In this document: positions 26,463 through 38,669 of the stretch, piece after piece | How the letters are laid out: each line of letters begins with the position of its first letter | How positions within the stretch are numbered: position 1 is the stretch's first letter | Source of the DNA: Octopus vulgaris | Taxonomy: Eukaryota | Length of the DNA stretch: 64,000 nt | Direction: 5' to 3' | Assembly (NCBI GenBank): GCA_951406725.2 | Contig: OX597815.1 | Span: 27,466,001-27,530,000, forward strand | The notes under the pieces: model-generated | Told to the model about the DNA's origin: nothing | Seen by the model: the letters and a program-made list of their open reading frames with translations, nothing else | Database searches by the model: none | Program-made: the position numbers and the translations under genes

Positions 26463-26834
26463 CTAGCGCTATGACCCGGCAACGCCAGGTCATAGGGCTA
26501 GTGCATGCATATACAGCTGCGTGCGTGCGTGCGCGCGCACATGCATGCGAGTACTGTCCAAATCTCCGACCAATCGCATACAGCTAGCTGGCATTCAATT
26601 GGTGTATCAAGTTTCGAGCATTTTGATTGGGTTTTGGATAGAAAATTCACAAAAAAGTCACTTCTATTGATTTTTTAATGGCTTTACAGGGTGACTGGGG
26701 AAATGTAAAGATGTGCACGACCACCCTTGGATGGTTTTGAATGACCATAGAAAGTGCAAGCCCTCTAACTGAAAAATTGTGGATTTGTATAAAGGACACA
26801 CACGCAGACATTTTGCCGTTTATATATATAGAGA
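26463..26834 (-). mobile_element. Non-autonomous Helitron
   Basis: Minus strand 5'-TC(tctatatatat) ... hairpin ctatgacctggc-gtt-gccgggtcatag ... CTAG-3', between A and T. Confidence 0.8.
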
Positions 26835-27979
26835 TAAGGTATAAAATAATCATAGATACAAACATTCACATACTTCCTTTGTACACACACACACACACAC
26901 ACACATATACCCACACAGAGTTGAAATACTCTTTGATTTTTCTTTTCAGCATTGAATGTTCACTATCCCACCTCCATTGCATGCACACACACATGCACAC
27001 ACACAAACATTCCAATGACTCACTTTTACATACACACACATATACTCACACAGAGTTGAAATACTGTTTGATTTTTTTTTTTTTTACACTGTAGAACTTC
27101 CATCATCCCACTACCAAGTTTGCCATCACCCCTTCCTTCCTTATTCATCTATCACCCCTTCCTTTCTCATTCATATGTTGTGACAGAGAAATACACAAGA
27201 GTATTATTACAGTAGCTATTTATTTAAAAAAAAATATAATGAGGTAACTCATCTAAAATAACAGAGGAAAAAGGAAATATTTTGATTGACACAAAGAACT
27301 AAAATGTAAAATCAATATCTTTCTCTATTTTAGTGAGCCATGATTCTTAAAATATAAATATTGAGACTACTTTTACTTTGTAATTCGTATGCAAGGCCAG
27401 TCATTTTGAGGGATAGGTGGGGAGGCAGTAGACATTTGCATCAATCCCTGTACTTGATTGGTACTTTATTTTATTGATCTCAGCAAGATGAAAAGCAAAA
27501 GTAACTTTGACAGGATTTGAACTAAGTATATAAAAAGCCAGATGAAATATCACAAGGCTTTTTGTTTGATGTTTCATCAATTCTACCTATCCATCACCCT
27601 AGGCATTTTTCACAGTGCCTATAGCTAGCAGCAATGTGTTCTCACTAGGCCTGATCTAAGGTCTGATTAAAAAACATGTTCGGTATAACTACAAGATAAA
27701 CATGACTAGAACTCCAACGATAAGGTTTTGCGATGGGTTGTATGACTGGACTTGTTGTCAGTTTAAGCATATGAGCATCCAGTCATCTGAAGAACCAACG
27801 CATTGAATTTGCATGCAAAATGGCTGGGTTTTCCACAGACACATGTATGTTCAATGTAATTCTCTGGTAAAATCAACAAATTCTCTGGTAAAATCAACAG
27901 GACACAAATGTGGCAAGGCTAGACCTTTGAATTACAGCTATAGCCCATTCTGTAGGCTTCCTTACAGTTACCATCTGTA

Positions 27980-28133
27980 CAAATGCGATAATTTTGGTTA
28001 CCATAATTGACCAATAGTACTTGAGTATTATTATGTAAGAGAAATGTGTAAAAAGCATCAATCTTATTAGTACCATTTGTTTAATGAAAAGAGACATTAT
28101 TCCCACTGAAGAGAAAATTTCCTCTGGTAATAT
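27980..28133. repeat. 154-bp segment duplicated in inverted orientation at 32237-32390
   Basis: Reverse-complement identity with about 2 mismatches. Confidence 0.92.
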
Positions 28134-28184
28134 GGCTTCCTTCACAAATTTGAGTCAACACAAGGCTATAGTAAAAGCAGTTTA

Positions 28185-28580
28185 TCTTTCATCTTTTACT
28201 TGTTTCGATCATTGGACTGCAGCCATGCTGGAGCACTGCCTTGAAGGGATTGTTCGAACAAATCAACCTCCTATTTCATTTTGTTTAAAGTCTAGTTCTG
28301 ATTCTATCAGTTTCCATTAAATTATGAGGACATAAACAAACCAACAATGGCTGTGATGCAATAACGGGGTGGGAGGATGAACAGAAACAGATTCACACAC
28401 AAACATGCACATATACACTACAGGTTTCCACACAGTTTCTGTTTACCAAATTCGCTCACAAGGCATTCGTTGGTCTGAGGCTACTGTAAAAGACACCCAA
28501 GGTGCTGTGTAGTGGAACTGAACCCAAAACCATATGGTTGTAAAGTAAGCTTCTCAACCACACAACCATACCTGCACCTA
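28185..28580 (-). mobile_element. SINE A (old)
   Basis: Diverged match to family A. Confidence 0.8.
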
Positions 28581-29316
28581 TATGTTCAAGATAATACTCA
28601 ATGGGGTCAAACCAGAGACTTCATGGTTGTGAAGTGAACAGCTTGACCATTCAGCTAACTCTGTATTATCCAATGATAAGTTGTATACTTAATGAGAGAA
28701 TAATGTGTTATAGTAGACAAGCATATATCACAAGTAGCTATTGATGACTTACTGACCTGACTTTAAAATCCTGCGAAGATTGACATAAACTCTTCCTTTA
28801 CCTGAGGTGGAAAAACTAAGTACCCACTTGCTTATTGAGCTAAATTGTCAAAATCTACTCTGTATTTCACATGTTGAGTTAGTAAAGGATTCTGAAGTGT
28901 TTGATTAGCTACTTCCTGTAACTGTAAACTATCTCAGCTTAAGTTCACTGAAGCTACTTTTTAACTACAATCTATAATAGATAAGTATCATATATAAGAG
29001 TTGACTTCTCTCACACTATGGTAACTTAAAGATAAGCTTAAGAAAGGCTTTAACCAAAGTAAAATTTCCTTAACCCTCCAGTATTTAGCTTACTCTGTCA
29101 AATGTTGTGTTTGTTTGTTTTTGCCACATTGTTTCGAATATTTATCATGTATTATCTCATACCTTCAAGATTTCAGATGATGTGATCATTTATTTTTAGA
29201 ATAACATTGTACGTTTATTTTTAGAATGATGTGAGAGGATATATCTGTACTGATTTGACCAAAACACATGTACAATACTTAGGTCAGAAATGGCCAGTTT
29301 AAATGCTAAAAAGTTA

Positions 29317-29946
29317 TCATCATCATTTAGTGTCTGCTTTCCCTGATGACATTAGTTAGAGGGTTTGACTGAAACTGGTAAGCTGGAGGACTGCACTAGG
29401 TTCCAATCTGATCTGGCATGGTTTCTATGGCTAGATGCCCTTCCTAGTGCCAACCACTCCAAGAGTGTAATGGATGCTTTTTACATCCCACCAGCACAAG
29501 TGCCATTTATGTGACACTGGCATTGGTCACAACTACGATTTCACTTGGCTTGACGAGTTTTCTCAAGCACGACTTATCGCCAAACATCTCAGTCATTTAT
29601 CACCTCTGTAAGGCCCAACATCTAAAGGGTGCTTTTTCTGTGCTTGTTATGTGAGACCAGCATGAGCCACAACTACGATTTCACTTGGCTTGATGGGTCT
29701 TCTCAAGCACAACATGTCACCAAAGATCTCGATCATTTGTCATTGCCTCTGTGAGGCCCAACATTTGAAGATCATATGTCACCACCTTGTCCTATGTCTT
29801 CCTGGGTTTACATCTTCCACAGGTTCCCTCTGCAGTTAGAGATCAGCACATTTTCACACAACTGTCCTCATCCATACGCATCACATGACCATACCAGCAC
29901 AGTCATCTTTCTTGCACACCACATCTGATGCCTCTTATGCCCAGCT
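29317..29946 (-). mobile_element. RTE 3' end: ORF C-terminus, duplicated terminal segment and family-B UTR
   Basis: WYGHVMRMDEDSCVK...GRCKPRKT...DRDLW..VLEKT, contiguous with family-B sequence and a gat tail. Confidence 0.85.
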
Positions 29947-30149
29947 TCAGATGTGGTGTGTAAGAGAGACAACAACACTGGTATGGTCATGTGATGCATA
30001 TGGACAAGGACAGCATCGGAAGTGTGAAACTTTAAACATGTAAAATATCTTGCACAGAATCACTACAAAATGCAATACCTGCTGTGGGATACAATCCTGA
30101 AATCAGATATGTGAAATGGGTTTTATCTTATTGGATCATTTATATATTA

Positions 30150-30555
30150 GGTACATACATGGCTGTGTGGTAAGAAGCTTGCTTCCCAACCACATGGTTT
30201 GGGGTTCAGTCCCACTGCATGGCACCTTGGGCAAGTGTCCTCTAAGTATAGCTTCAGGCCAACCAAAGTCTTGTGAGTGGATTTGGTAGATGGAAACTGA
30301 AAGCCTGTCGTATACATGTATATATATATCTGTGTGTATGCGTGTTTGTCTCCCCCTCTACCACCACTGCTTGACAACTGCTACTGGTGTCTTTATGTCT
30401 ATGTAACTTAGCAGTTCATCAAAAGAAACCAATAGAATAAGTACCAGGCTTTAAAAAAGTAAGTACTGGGGTCAATAGATTCAACTAAATATTCTTCAAG
30501 GTGGTGCTCCAGCATGGCCACAGTCTAATGACAGAAACAAGTAAAAGATAAAAGA
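30150..30555 (+). mobile_element. SINE A
   Basis: Match to family A. Confidence 0.87.
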
Positions 30556-31364
30556 TTTTATTGGTCTTTGTTGGTTTAACATTCAATTCTTAATAATGGC
30601 ATAGGTTGAACAGGTTCCGTAATATAATATTTCTCTGTGCATCATAACGTTATGTGTCATTTGTAGTTATATTTATGACACCCATCTTTTGAATATCCTA
30701 TTTTATTCTTCAGCAAAAAAATATCTATCCAAAACATTAGAAGATATCTCTCCTTGTGGTAGACAAACTTATTTACCAAACCAATGAGGGAGCCTCTATG
30801 CTCTGCTAGATGTAGCAGCCAGCTCTCCCTCTAATTACACTCCACTGTCTTAAAAAGGAAAGAACATAATGTAGGCCTAGATACGCTGTCATCATTTAAC
30901 ATCCATTTTCCATGCTAGCAATGGGTGGAATGGTTCAACAGGAGCCAGAGGACTTCATCAAGCTCCAGTATCTGCTTTGGCATGGTTTTTATGGCTGAAT
31001 ACCCTTAATGCCAAAAAAGATGGAATTGCATGACTGAAAAGCCTTTATCCATAAGTTAACTTTCTCGGGGCCAACCTAGGATTAGACAACAACTTGTTCT
31101 GTTATGGAATTTATTTTTCTGAAATCTGACCCAAGAACCTTCATACAAAACTTCTCCAAATTTTATTGGTTCTACATCTTGCAGCAGACATTTCTCACCA
31201 TCATTTCCTAGCATTTTTTTTCACGCATCCTGCATCATTTCTGAACATTACCAATCCATAGACTCTATTGTCCTCAGTCTCATCAACTGATGGTTCTGTT
31301 TATTCTTCTGTAATAGAATAACTGACCACTTATTTCAGAGAATAACATTGTCTTAGAACAGTAC

Positions 31365-31645
31365 ATCATCATCATCATTTAACGTCTGCTTTCCATGCTA
31401 GCATGGGTTGGACAATTTGACTGAGGTCTAGCGAACCAGACTCCAATCTAATCTGGCAGAGTTTCTACAGCTGGATGCCCTTCCTAACGCCAATCATTTC
31501 GAGAGTGTAGTGGGTACTTTTACGTGCCACCGGCACGAGAGCCAGTCAGGTGGTACTGGCAACGGCCATGCTCAAATGGTGCTTTTTATGTGCCACCTGC
31601 ACAGGAGCCAGTCCAGCGGCACTGGCAAAGACCTCGCTCGAATGT
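31365..31645 (-). mobile_element. RTE 3' UTR (family B)
   Basis: Tail, terminal palindrome and core motif present. Confidence 0.85.
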
Positions 31646-33064
31646 TTTTTTTTTTTTTTTAAAAAGAGAGTGTATTTGATGAAGTCAGTCAATGGTGTTT
31701 TTTTACTTCAAGTCTATTTCCATACATAAAGAGAATTACAGATTTTAAAGCTTACTACTACTTGTTTCAAGATTACAAGAATAAATCCTTTATAATGCAT
31801 GGAATTTGCTTGCTTCAGTATTTTTAGCTGTAAGTAGATGCTTCTTCTACATGGCAATTGTATCTTTGGTATAAGGAAAGATATTAAACTGGAGTGTGGG
31901 GGAATAATTTAAATAATATAAACAAACATCTAAATTTGCAAACCTAATTCACCCTTATATTGAAAAATAGCCTAAAGCAAGAAGAAAAAATGTGAAAATA
32001 CGACATATCATTTGTTTTACATTTAAATCATTTTCTCTCTCTTTTTTTTTTTTTTTTTTTTCACTTTCCTCAGTGAATCCCCTTTTTCAAAAAAGTATCC
32101 AAATTTAGACTGTTGTCGACTTAGAAAAAATAACTACAATTTTAATATAGGAAAATCCTTTCTAATGCTAATGGATTAATTTGGCAGTAATATTTTTTCA
32201 ACTAATTATACTAAAACAAATTTGGTTGATTAATGAATATTACCAGAGGAAATTTTCTCTTCAGTGGGAATAATGTCTCTTTTCATTAAACAAATGGTAC
32301 TAATGAGATTGATGCTTTTTACACATTTCTCTTACATAACAATACTCAAGTACTATTGGTCAATTATGGTAACCAAAATTATCGCATTTGGGGAATATGT
32401 AATCTTTCAACATGTTTTACAAAGGGTCATGATGAGGTTAATGTCACAGGATGTGTTCAAGTACTTCCTCTATTCCTTTTATACAACTAGAATAGACGCA
32501 TATTCCTTTATGTATTTTGCTCAACAGAATTTCAATTTAAGAGACGTTCTCTAGTATAAACACACGTGTCAATCACAATTAAATTTAATATGTGTGTTTG
32601 TTATAACAGTTTCATATTTACTCCATAATTAAACAAAGACATTACTCTAAATACTATCTCTGAAGAATGATATAGTTTTTTGTAACAATGTAAGAATACA
32701 ATGTACTGCACCTAGGCACTCTATTTTGAGTAAGGCGTGGTTAAACAATCCAACCAAGACTGCTTCAATGGTAACTCATATTCCCCATCACCCACATCAT
32801 GTTACTGCTGTGCTCACAGAAAAAAAAAAAGAAAAGTCACTTTTCAGTTTGCTACAAATTGACATAACCCCTACCTGCAATGTGATGCTCACTCACTGAC
32901 TGGCTGAATCCCCTCTTCTCTCCTTCATCCTACCTCTATATATTTCCCTCTCTTTGTTCATTCCTGGGTGCTATCAAATTTTCTTTTTTACTGACAGATT
33001 GCCCCAGATTCACTTTTCTATGCCACACCCCCACACACTCTGGTTCCAACCCCAGATCAGACCA

Positions 33065-33592
33065 GTCATATCCATCAAACATTTTCATCAAACATCTCAT
33101 CTTCATCAACTTCATCAAATAACTTTATCAGTCATTTTCATCAAACATATATCCATCAAACATTTTCATGAAACATCATCATATTTAAGAGACATTCTCT
33201 AGTATCACACATTTTCATCAAACATTTTCATCAAACATTATCAACTTCATCAAACATTTTCATCAAACATCTTCATCAAACATCAAACCCTAACCTTAAC
33301 TCTAACCAGTGCAAACCAGATCAAACCGTATCCGACAAGTCCAAACCAGATCAAATCAGTTCAGACCAGACCAGACCCTAACCCTAACCCTAACCAGATC
33401 AGACTGCTCCAGACCGGTCCAAACCAGATCAAACTGATTGAAACCAGATCAGACTGGCCAACACCAGATCAAACTGGTTCTAACCAGTTCAGACTGGATC
33501 AGACTGGTCCAAACTGGATCAGTCCAGACAGGTCAAAACCAGATCAGACCAGACCAAATTTGACCAGACAGGACCAGACTCTAACCCTAAAA
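33065..33592. repeat. Compound minisatellite: (catcaaacatttt)n followed by (accagatcagactg)n interspersed with CCCTAA
   Basis: Directly visible tandem units. Confidence 0.85.
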
Positions 33593-34436
33593 TTTTTTTG
33601 GCATGTTTGTTTAAAGTTTTACACTATCTTCTACAAACGTTTTTCATTAAAACGATTAATCAAAATTTTAAGCCTATGGAACTTCCAGTTTTTGTCTTAA
33701 CCAAGTATAAACACGTTTCAAGAAAGAGGTAGCTGTGGCATCTATGATGGTAGTGGATGTGGTTTGTGAGACAAGACTTTATAATGTCAATTTTTGTGGG
33801 GGTTTGAACAGATCAAACTAAAGACTTATACTTATTTATAAAATAGGTTAATGGGATTGATAAATAGGTCATAGTGCATCATGTATATAATTAAATGCCC
33901 CCTATCTCCGCATTATTTTCTTTAATGTAATACTTTTGATTTTATTAGTAGTTTACTTGTATGCTACTTTGTCCTAAAAGGAAGTTTACTGAAACTCTTA
34001 TCTCTCTTTTTTTAAGAACTCCTCCTATTACTGAAGAACAACACTTTAAAGATATAAGATACCTTTGGGTTGGTTACATTATAACCTCAGAAGATAATCC
34101 CCAATGTTAATTGTAGATGAAAGGTCTTCAGTCTTTATTTTTCAACTATTTTTTTAAATGGAATTTTGTTTTTTACCATCATATGAATTTACTGAATTCT
34201 CTATAACAAGATACAGTTCACATACAGTTGCTGTTAGTGATAAAGAATGCAAGACCTCGTGAGCTTCATGCATAAACAGGAAATAATAGAAGGGAGAAAC
34301 TGGGCAAAAAGGGGCTAAAGAGAAATAAAATGGAAAGAAATGAGGAAAAGCTGTAGGTGGAGTTGAGGGGGGAAATTGAGATGAAAGGGGAGTTGGCAGA
34401 TAAGAAAGCGATTACTGATCTAAGAAATAGAAAACA

Positions 34437-34880
34437 TTAATTTAAACCTGTTGATAATATGGCACCAAGTTTGAATATGAAATGTTCCTTCTGTTTCTTT
34501 GAGTATGTGGACCTATGGTGTGTGGAAATGTTGCAGGTTACCCAGATATATGTAGTGGTATGTTTCAAATGTTCTCCCAAAAGCAATTGGCAAGGTATCA
34601 GTCTGTTTCCACAATATGAATAACACCACAAAGTTTACATCATATGATACAATATTTAAGGTTGGCAAGATGTACGACAGAAGTTCTGGCTAATGTGACA
34701 TCGTAAGTTAGCGCAGTGATGGTTGTAGTGTAGGGACAGGTATTACATCATTGGCAAGTGCACTTAAAAGTGCTTCATTGTATGGGGCCAGATGCTATGA
34801 AGCTTCCCACTAGGAGGTTGTCATGGTTCATATCCTTTTTTGAAGGTGAAGAGAGGTGATGCAGGAAAGACTATTTATTC
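34437..34880 (-). mobile_element. Penelope-like element linker plus GIY-YIG remnant
   Basis: FPASPLFTFKK; TFKCTCQ*CNTCPY; NLKYCI..CKLCGVIHIVET; EHL; KEHFIFKLGAILSTGLN. Confidence 0.75.
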
Positions 34881-35020
34881 TCTTTTCTTTCTTGACTGTC
34901 CAAATTCCTTTTCACTATGAACATTGAATCACTTTACATAGTCATCTCCCACATTGACAGTCTATCAACCCTTAAACACTTTCTAAACTGTCAGCCCTTA
35001 TCTGTACTCAGATATATATA

Positions 35021-36240
35021 TAGGGGTTGGAAAAAATAATGGAAACACCTTAAAATTTCAAACAAATTTATTTTAATATGGGGTAGGAACACTTTTGGCA
35101 GTAATTACAGCTTGAATTCTACAAGGTATGGACTCATACAAAGTTTGAATTGTTTCCAAAGGAATTTTTGCCCTTTCTTCAGCTAAAACAGTCTCCAGTT
35201 CTTGTAGTGAAGATGTTGGAGGATATCAACTCCTTACTTGTTTTTATAAAATACACCATAAATGTTCAATAATATTGAGATCTGGGGACTGTGGTGGCCA
35301 GATAAGATGTTCAACTTCACTAGAATCTTCCTTGTGCCATTTAGTAACAAGTTTAGCTGTGTGAATTGGTGCATTATCATCCTGAAAGATTGTGTTTCCC
35401 TCTGGAAACAGTTCCGCAACCATAGGATGAATTTGATCAGATAAAATGCTTAAATAGTCTTGACTATTCTGCCATGAAGGGACACCATTGGGCTGGCAGA
35501 TTTCCAAGATATAGCACCACCCCCAGATCATCACAGATCCTCCATGTTTAACATTTGGAAGACGGCAGTCTAGGTCAAATGCTTCTTTTGGCTGTCTCCA
35601 TACGTATACTCGGCCAGTGGTCAGAAATAAGATAAAGAATGACTTGTCCAAGAAAATAACATTCTTCCACTGCTCTAGGGATCAATTCTGTAGGTTTTTA
35701 CTCCACTCTAAATGTTTTGCATTTTGAAAGTAGTAGTTTTCTGATTGCAGCCCTCCCATGAAATCTGGCTTTGTGCAGCTCCTGGTGAACAGTTTTTGTG
35801 GAAACTGGGTTCTCGCGGTGGTCATTAAGTTCTGCAGTAATTTTTGGTAGCTGTACTTTTGTGATCCTTTCTAACAATTCATATAAGAGCCAGATGGTCT
35901 CTGACTCAAAGTTTTGGTTTTCTTCTGGAGTTTTGTTTTGAAGGAGGTTTTACCCTCTTTCTCAAAGGCTGTCATTACTTTTGAGATAGCACTTCTTGAT
36001 ACAATAAACATTTTGGCTGTTTTTGTTACACTAGCACCTACTATATGACCACCAACAATTTGACCTCTTTGAAAGTTCGATAGAGCTATCGTTTTAATGA
36101 GTTTTAATTACCTTTTTCTGATGATATCCGAAAAGAAACAGCAATTTTAGCAAAACATATTAAGCAACGCTAATAATAAATCAAAAAACCTAAAAATAAA
36201 CAAGCTTTTGACAGTTTTATAGATATTTCCAAATTTATGA
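35021..36240 (-). mobile_element. Decayed Tc1 transposon
   Basis: VKHGGSVMIWG, FQDDNAPIHTAK, WPPQSPDLNIIEHLW (DD34E region); TIR-like taggggttggaaaaaataatggaaacacc next to TA. Confidence 0.92.
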
Positions 36241-36317
36241 TGTATATATGTATATACATATATATGTATGTATGTGTGTGTGTGTGTGTATGTATATATA
36301 TATATATATATAAACAA

Positions 36318-37130
36318 AACATTCAAACACTAAGGTTTGAAATAAGATGTCACTACTGTTAACATCATCATCATCATCATTTAACGTCCGTTTTCCATGC
36401 CAGCATGGTTTGGACTGTTCAACCGGGGTCTAGTAAGCCATGTAGGCTGCACCAGGCTCTGGTCTGATTTGGCGGTGTTTCTACAGCTGGATGCCCTTCC
36501 TAACGCCAACCACTCGGTCAGTGGATAAAATTTAAAATTGATGGTATCAACAGTAGAAACATAGGTGGTTCACAGGCAAATAGCATTATTAAGCTATAAT
36601 ATACAAATTAGCACGAAGCGTAAGAATGCATAAAAGCATCAACCTGCTAGAAATAAGAGCTAAAGTCTTAATCAAACCACTGTAAAGCACCAAAATAACA
36701 GAGAAATAACAGTAGATGAGGAAACGGAAAGAATTAATATATTCAAAAGCACATCTATGAAAGATTATGCTATTTAGGATATCTACATACCTGAGTTTGG
36801 GCTTCTGGAAATTTAATCCTTGAGCCTCTTCGGTGTAGACTACCTAGTAAACATTCATGTCCATCACGTCATATATCCGTTAATGTACTGATTTTGTTTT
36901 GCGCCAAAAAACTCAGCACATGGTGCAAAAATATTTATAAACAATACATTCAAACCCTAAGATTTGAAATAAGATGTTACCACTGTTAATATCATCAGTG
37001 GATAAAATTTAGAATTGATGCTATCAACAGTAGTAACATAGGTGGTTCACAGGCAAATCGCATTTTAGCTCTTTTTTCTAGTAGGTTGATGCTTATATGC
37101 ATCCTTGTGCTTCATGCTAATTTGTATATA
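36318..37130. repeat. Local duplication with partial inversion; first copy carries an RTE 3' fragment (36364-36516)
   Basis: 36318-36590 matches 36945-37063 directly; 36598-36664 matches the reverse complement of 37063-37129. Confidence 0.85.
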
Positions 37131-37146
37131 AAATATATATATATAT

Positions 37147-37331
37147 GATTGACTGCTAGCTCCAAAAGTTTTTTTTATTCTCTCACTGTTTGTTTCCTAG
37201 TGTTCCTTTCTGTTGAAGAGTGTAGGCTTGAAATGTAAAAGACTTTCTCACCTTCCCAAGCATTGAACTAATACACCTGTTTGTTGTTTATGCACCTGTT
37301 TTTGTCTTTTGTTTTTCTGTAAATTTCAACT
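37147..37331 (+). mobile_element. TA-inserted element with decayed hammerhead motif (37206-37241)
   Basis: cttt-ctgttga-a-gagt/gtag/gctt-gaaa-tg-ta-aaag. Confidence 0.7.
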
Positions 37332-37651
37332 ATATATATCTATATATATATATATGCACATATATACATATATATACGTATATATATATATATATATGCA
37401 CATATATACATATATATACGTATATATATATATGTCTATGTATATATGTCTATGTATATGTTTATACATGTGTGTGTGTATTTGTATGAATGTATATGAA
37501 AGAATTTATGTACTGGTAGTTATCTACACACAGGCACACACACACACACACACACACAGAGGCACACATGCCAATTAAATGTGTAGAGGGGAAATATTTG
37601 AACAGATAAAGAATGTAAGATTAAAATTATCTATTTAGACATTTAGCAGCC

Positions 37652-37688
<37 letters not shown>

Positions 37689-37864
37689 AAGTAAGATAGG
37701 GGTTATGGGTGTAACCCACTATGGGATATCATTTATCCAATATACTGTTGGTAAAGTACCCAAATTCTTAATACATAAATTTTTTAATTGCAATGCAATA
37801 TCCGTAAGTTCATGAACAAGCTAAATTTGTTTCTCCATTTTCTTCTTTGTATTATATATATATA

Positions 37865-38045
37865 TAGATCATTAGCCAATATACACATTTTTTTTCTCTC
37901 CTTGTTTTTTCTGTGTACCTTTCTGTAGAAGAGCGTAGGCTCAAAACGTAAAAGACTTTTTCTATTCCTGAGCATTATACTAATACATCTGTTTGTTTAG
38001 TACACCACCTGTCTTCGTCTTTTGTTTTTTTTCGTAAACTTTCCC
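37865..38045 (+). mobile_element. TA-inserted element with hammerhead motif (37919-37954)
   Basis: cttt-ctgtaga-a-gagc/gtag/gctc-aaaa-cg-ta-aaag. Confidence 0.75.
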
Positions 38046-38062
38046 TATATATATATAATATA

Positions 38063-38227
38063 TTCCTCCGTCTTCCTTTCCTTGGATTTTTCCTTTTCCT
38101 ATGTTTCTGATGAAGAGCTCTGCTCAAAACGTTGAATCCTCCTTCTTTCTTTCCTCTCCTGAGCGTCCAATAACACTATACTTGTTCCACATCCTCACAT
38201 TGTTGTGTTTTCATGTTTGGATTAACT
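38063..38227 (+). mobile_element. Related TA-inserted element with canonical CUGAUGA hammerhead core (38103-38137)
   Basis: gttt-ctgatga-a-gagc/tct/gctc-aaaa-cg-tt-gaat; shares the downstream cctgagc motif. Confidence 0.72.
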
Positions 38228-38264
38228 ATATATATATATATATTATTCCATCTGTGTGCACAAT

Positions 38265-38366
38265 AATTTGTTTGTTAATCAGATACACTAAACTTCGAGA
38301 ACCTTCAATTTTGTATTTCTTTCCATTTCTGAAAGAAACTAAAGAACTCTACCCATATATTGAGTA
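38265..38366. repeat. ~100-bp segment duplicated in inverted orientation at 42643-42742
   Basis: Reverse-complement near identity (one substitution, one 2-bp indel). Confidence 0.9.
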
Positions 38367-38669
38367 CTGTATTGATGTTTGGCTATTAACTCCTAGTTTT
38401 TTCAGTAATCAGGAACTTCTGTCACAGCCATGAGTCACTACCATCATGTACACTCTCTTGGGAATATAACACAGAAATTAACTCAGAGCAAGGCTAGATC
38501 TAATTTATATGAAATTAATTAATTCATATATTCTATAACAGATGTTAAATTTTTCTTGTGTTCCTCTGGGTATAGTTAAAGAAGACACAAACTTGTTGGC
38601 ATTGCTGTCTTGCAACTGGTTCCAGTTCTTATCACCACTGTATCCATATTTTGTGCTCTTACCTACATA

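Noticed and set aside
34200-34300. Very decayed hammerhead-like trace downstream of the PLE ORF end (minus strand)
   Set aside because: Core nucleotides are missing; position is suggestive only.
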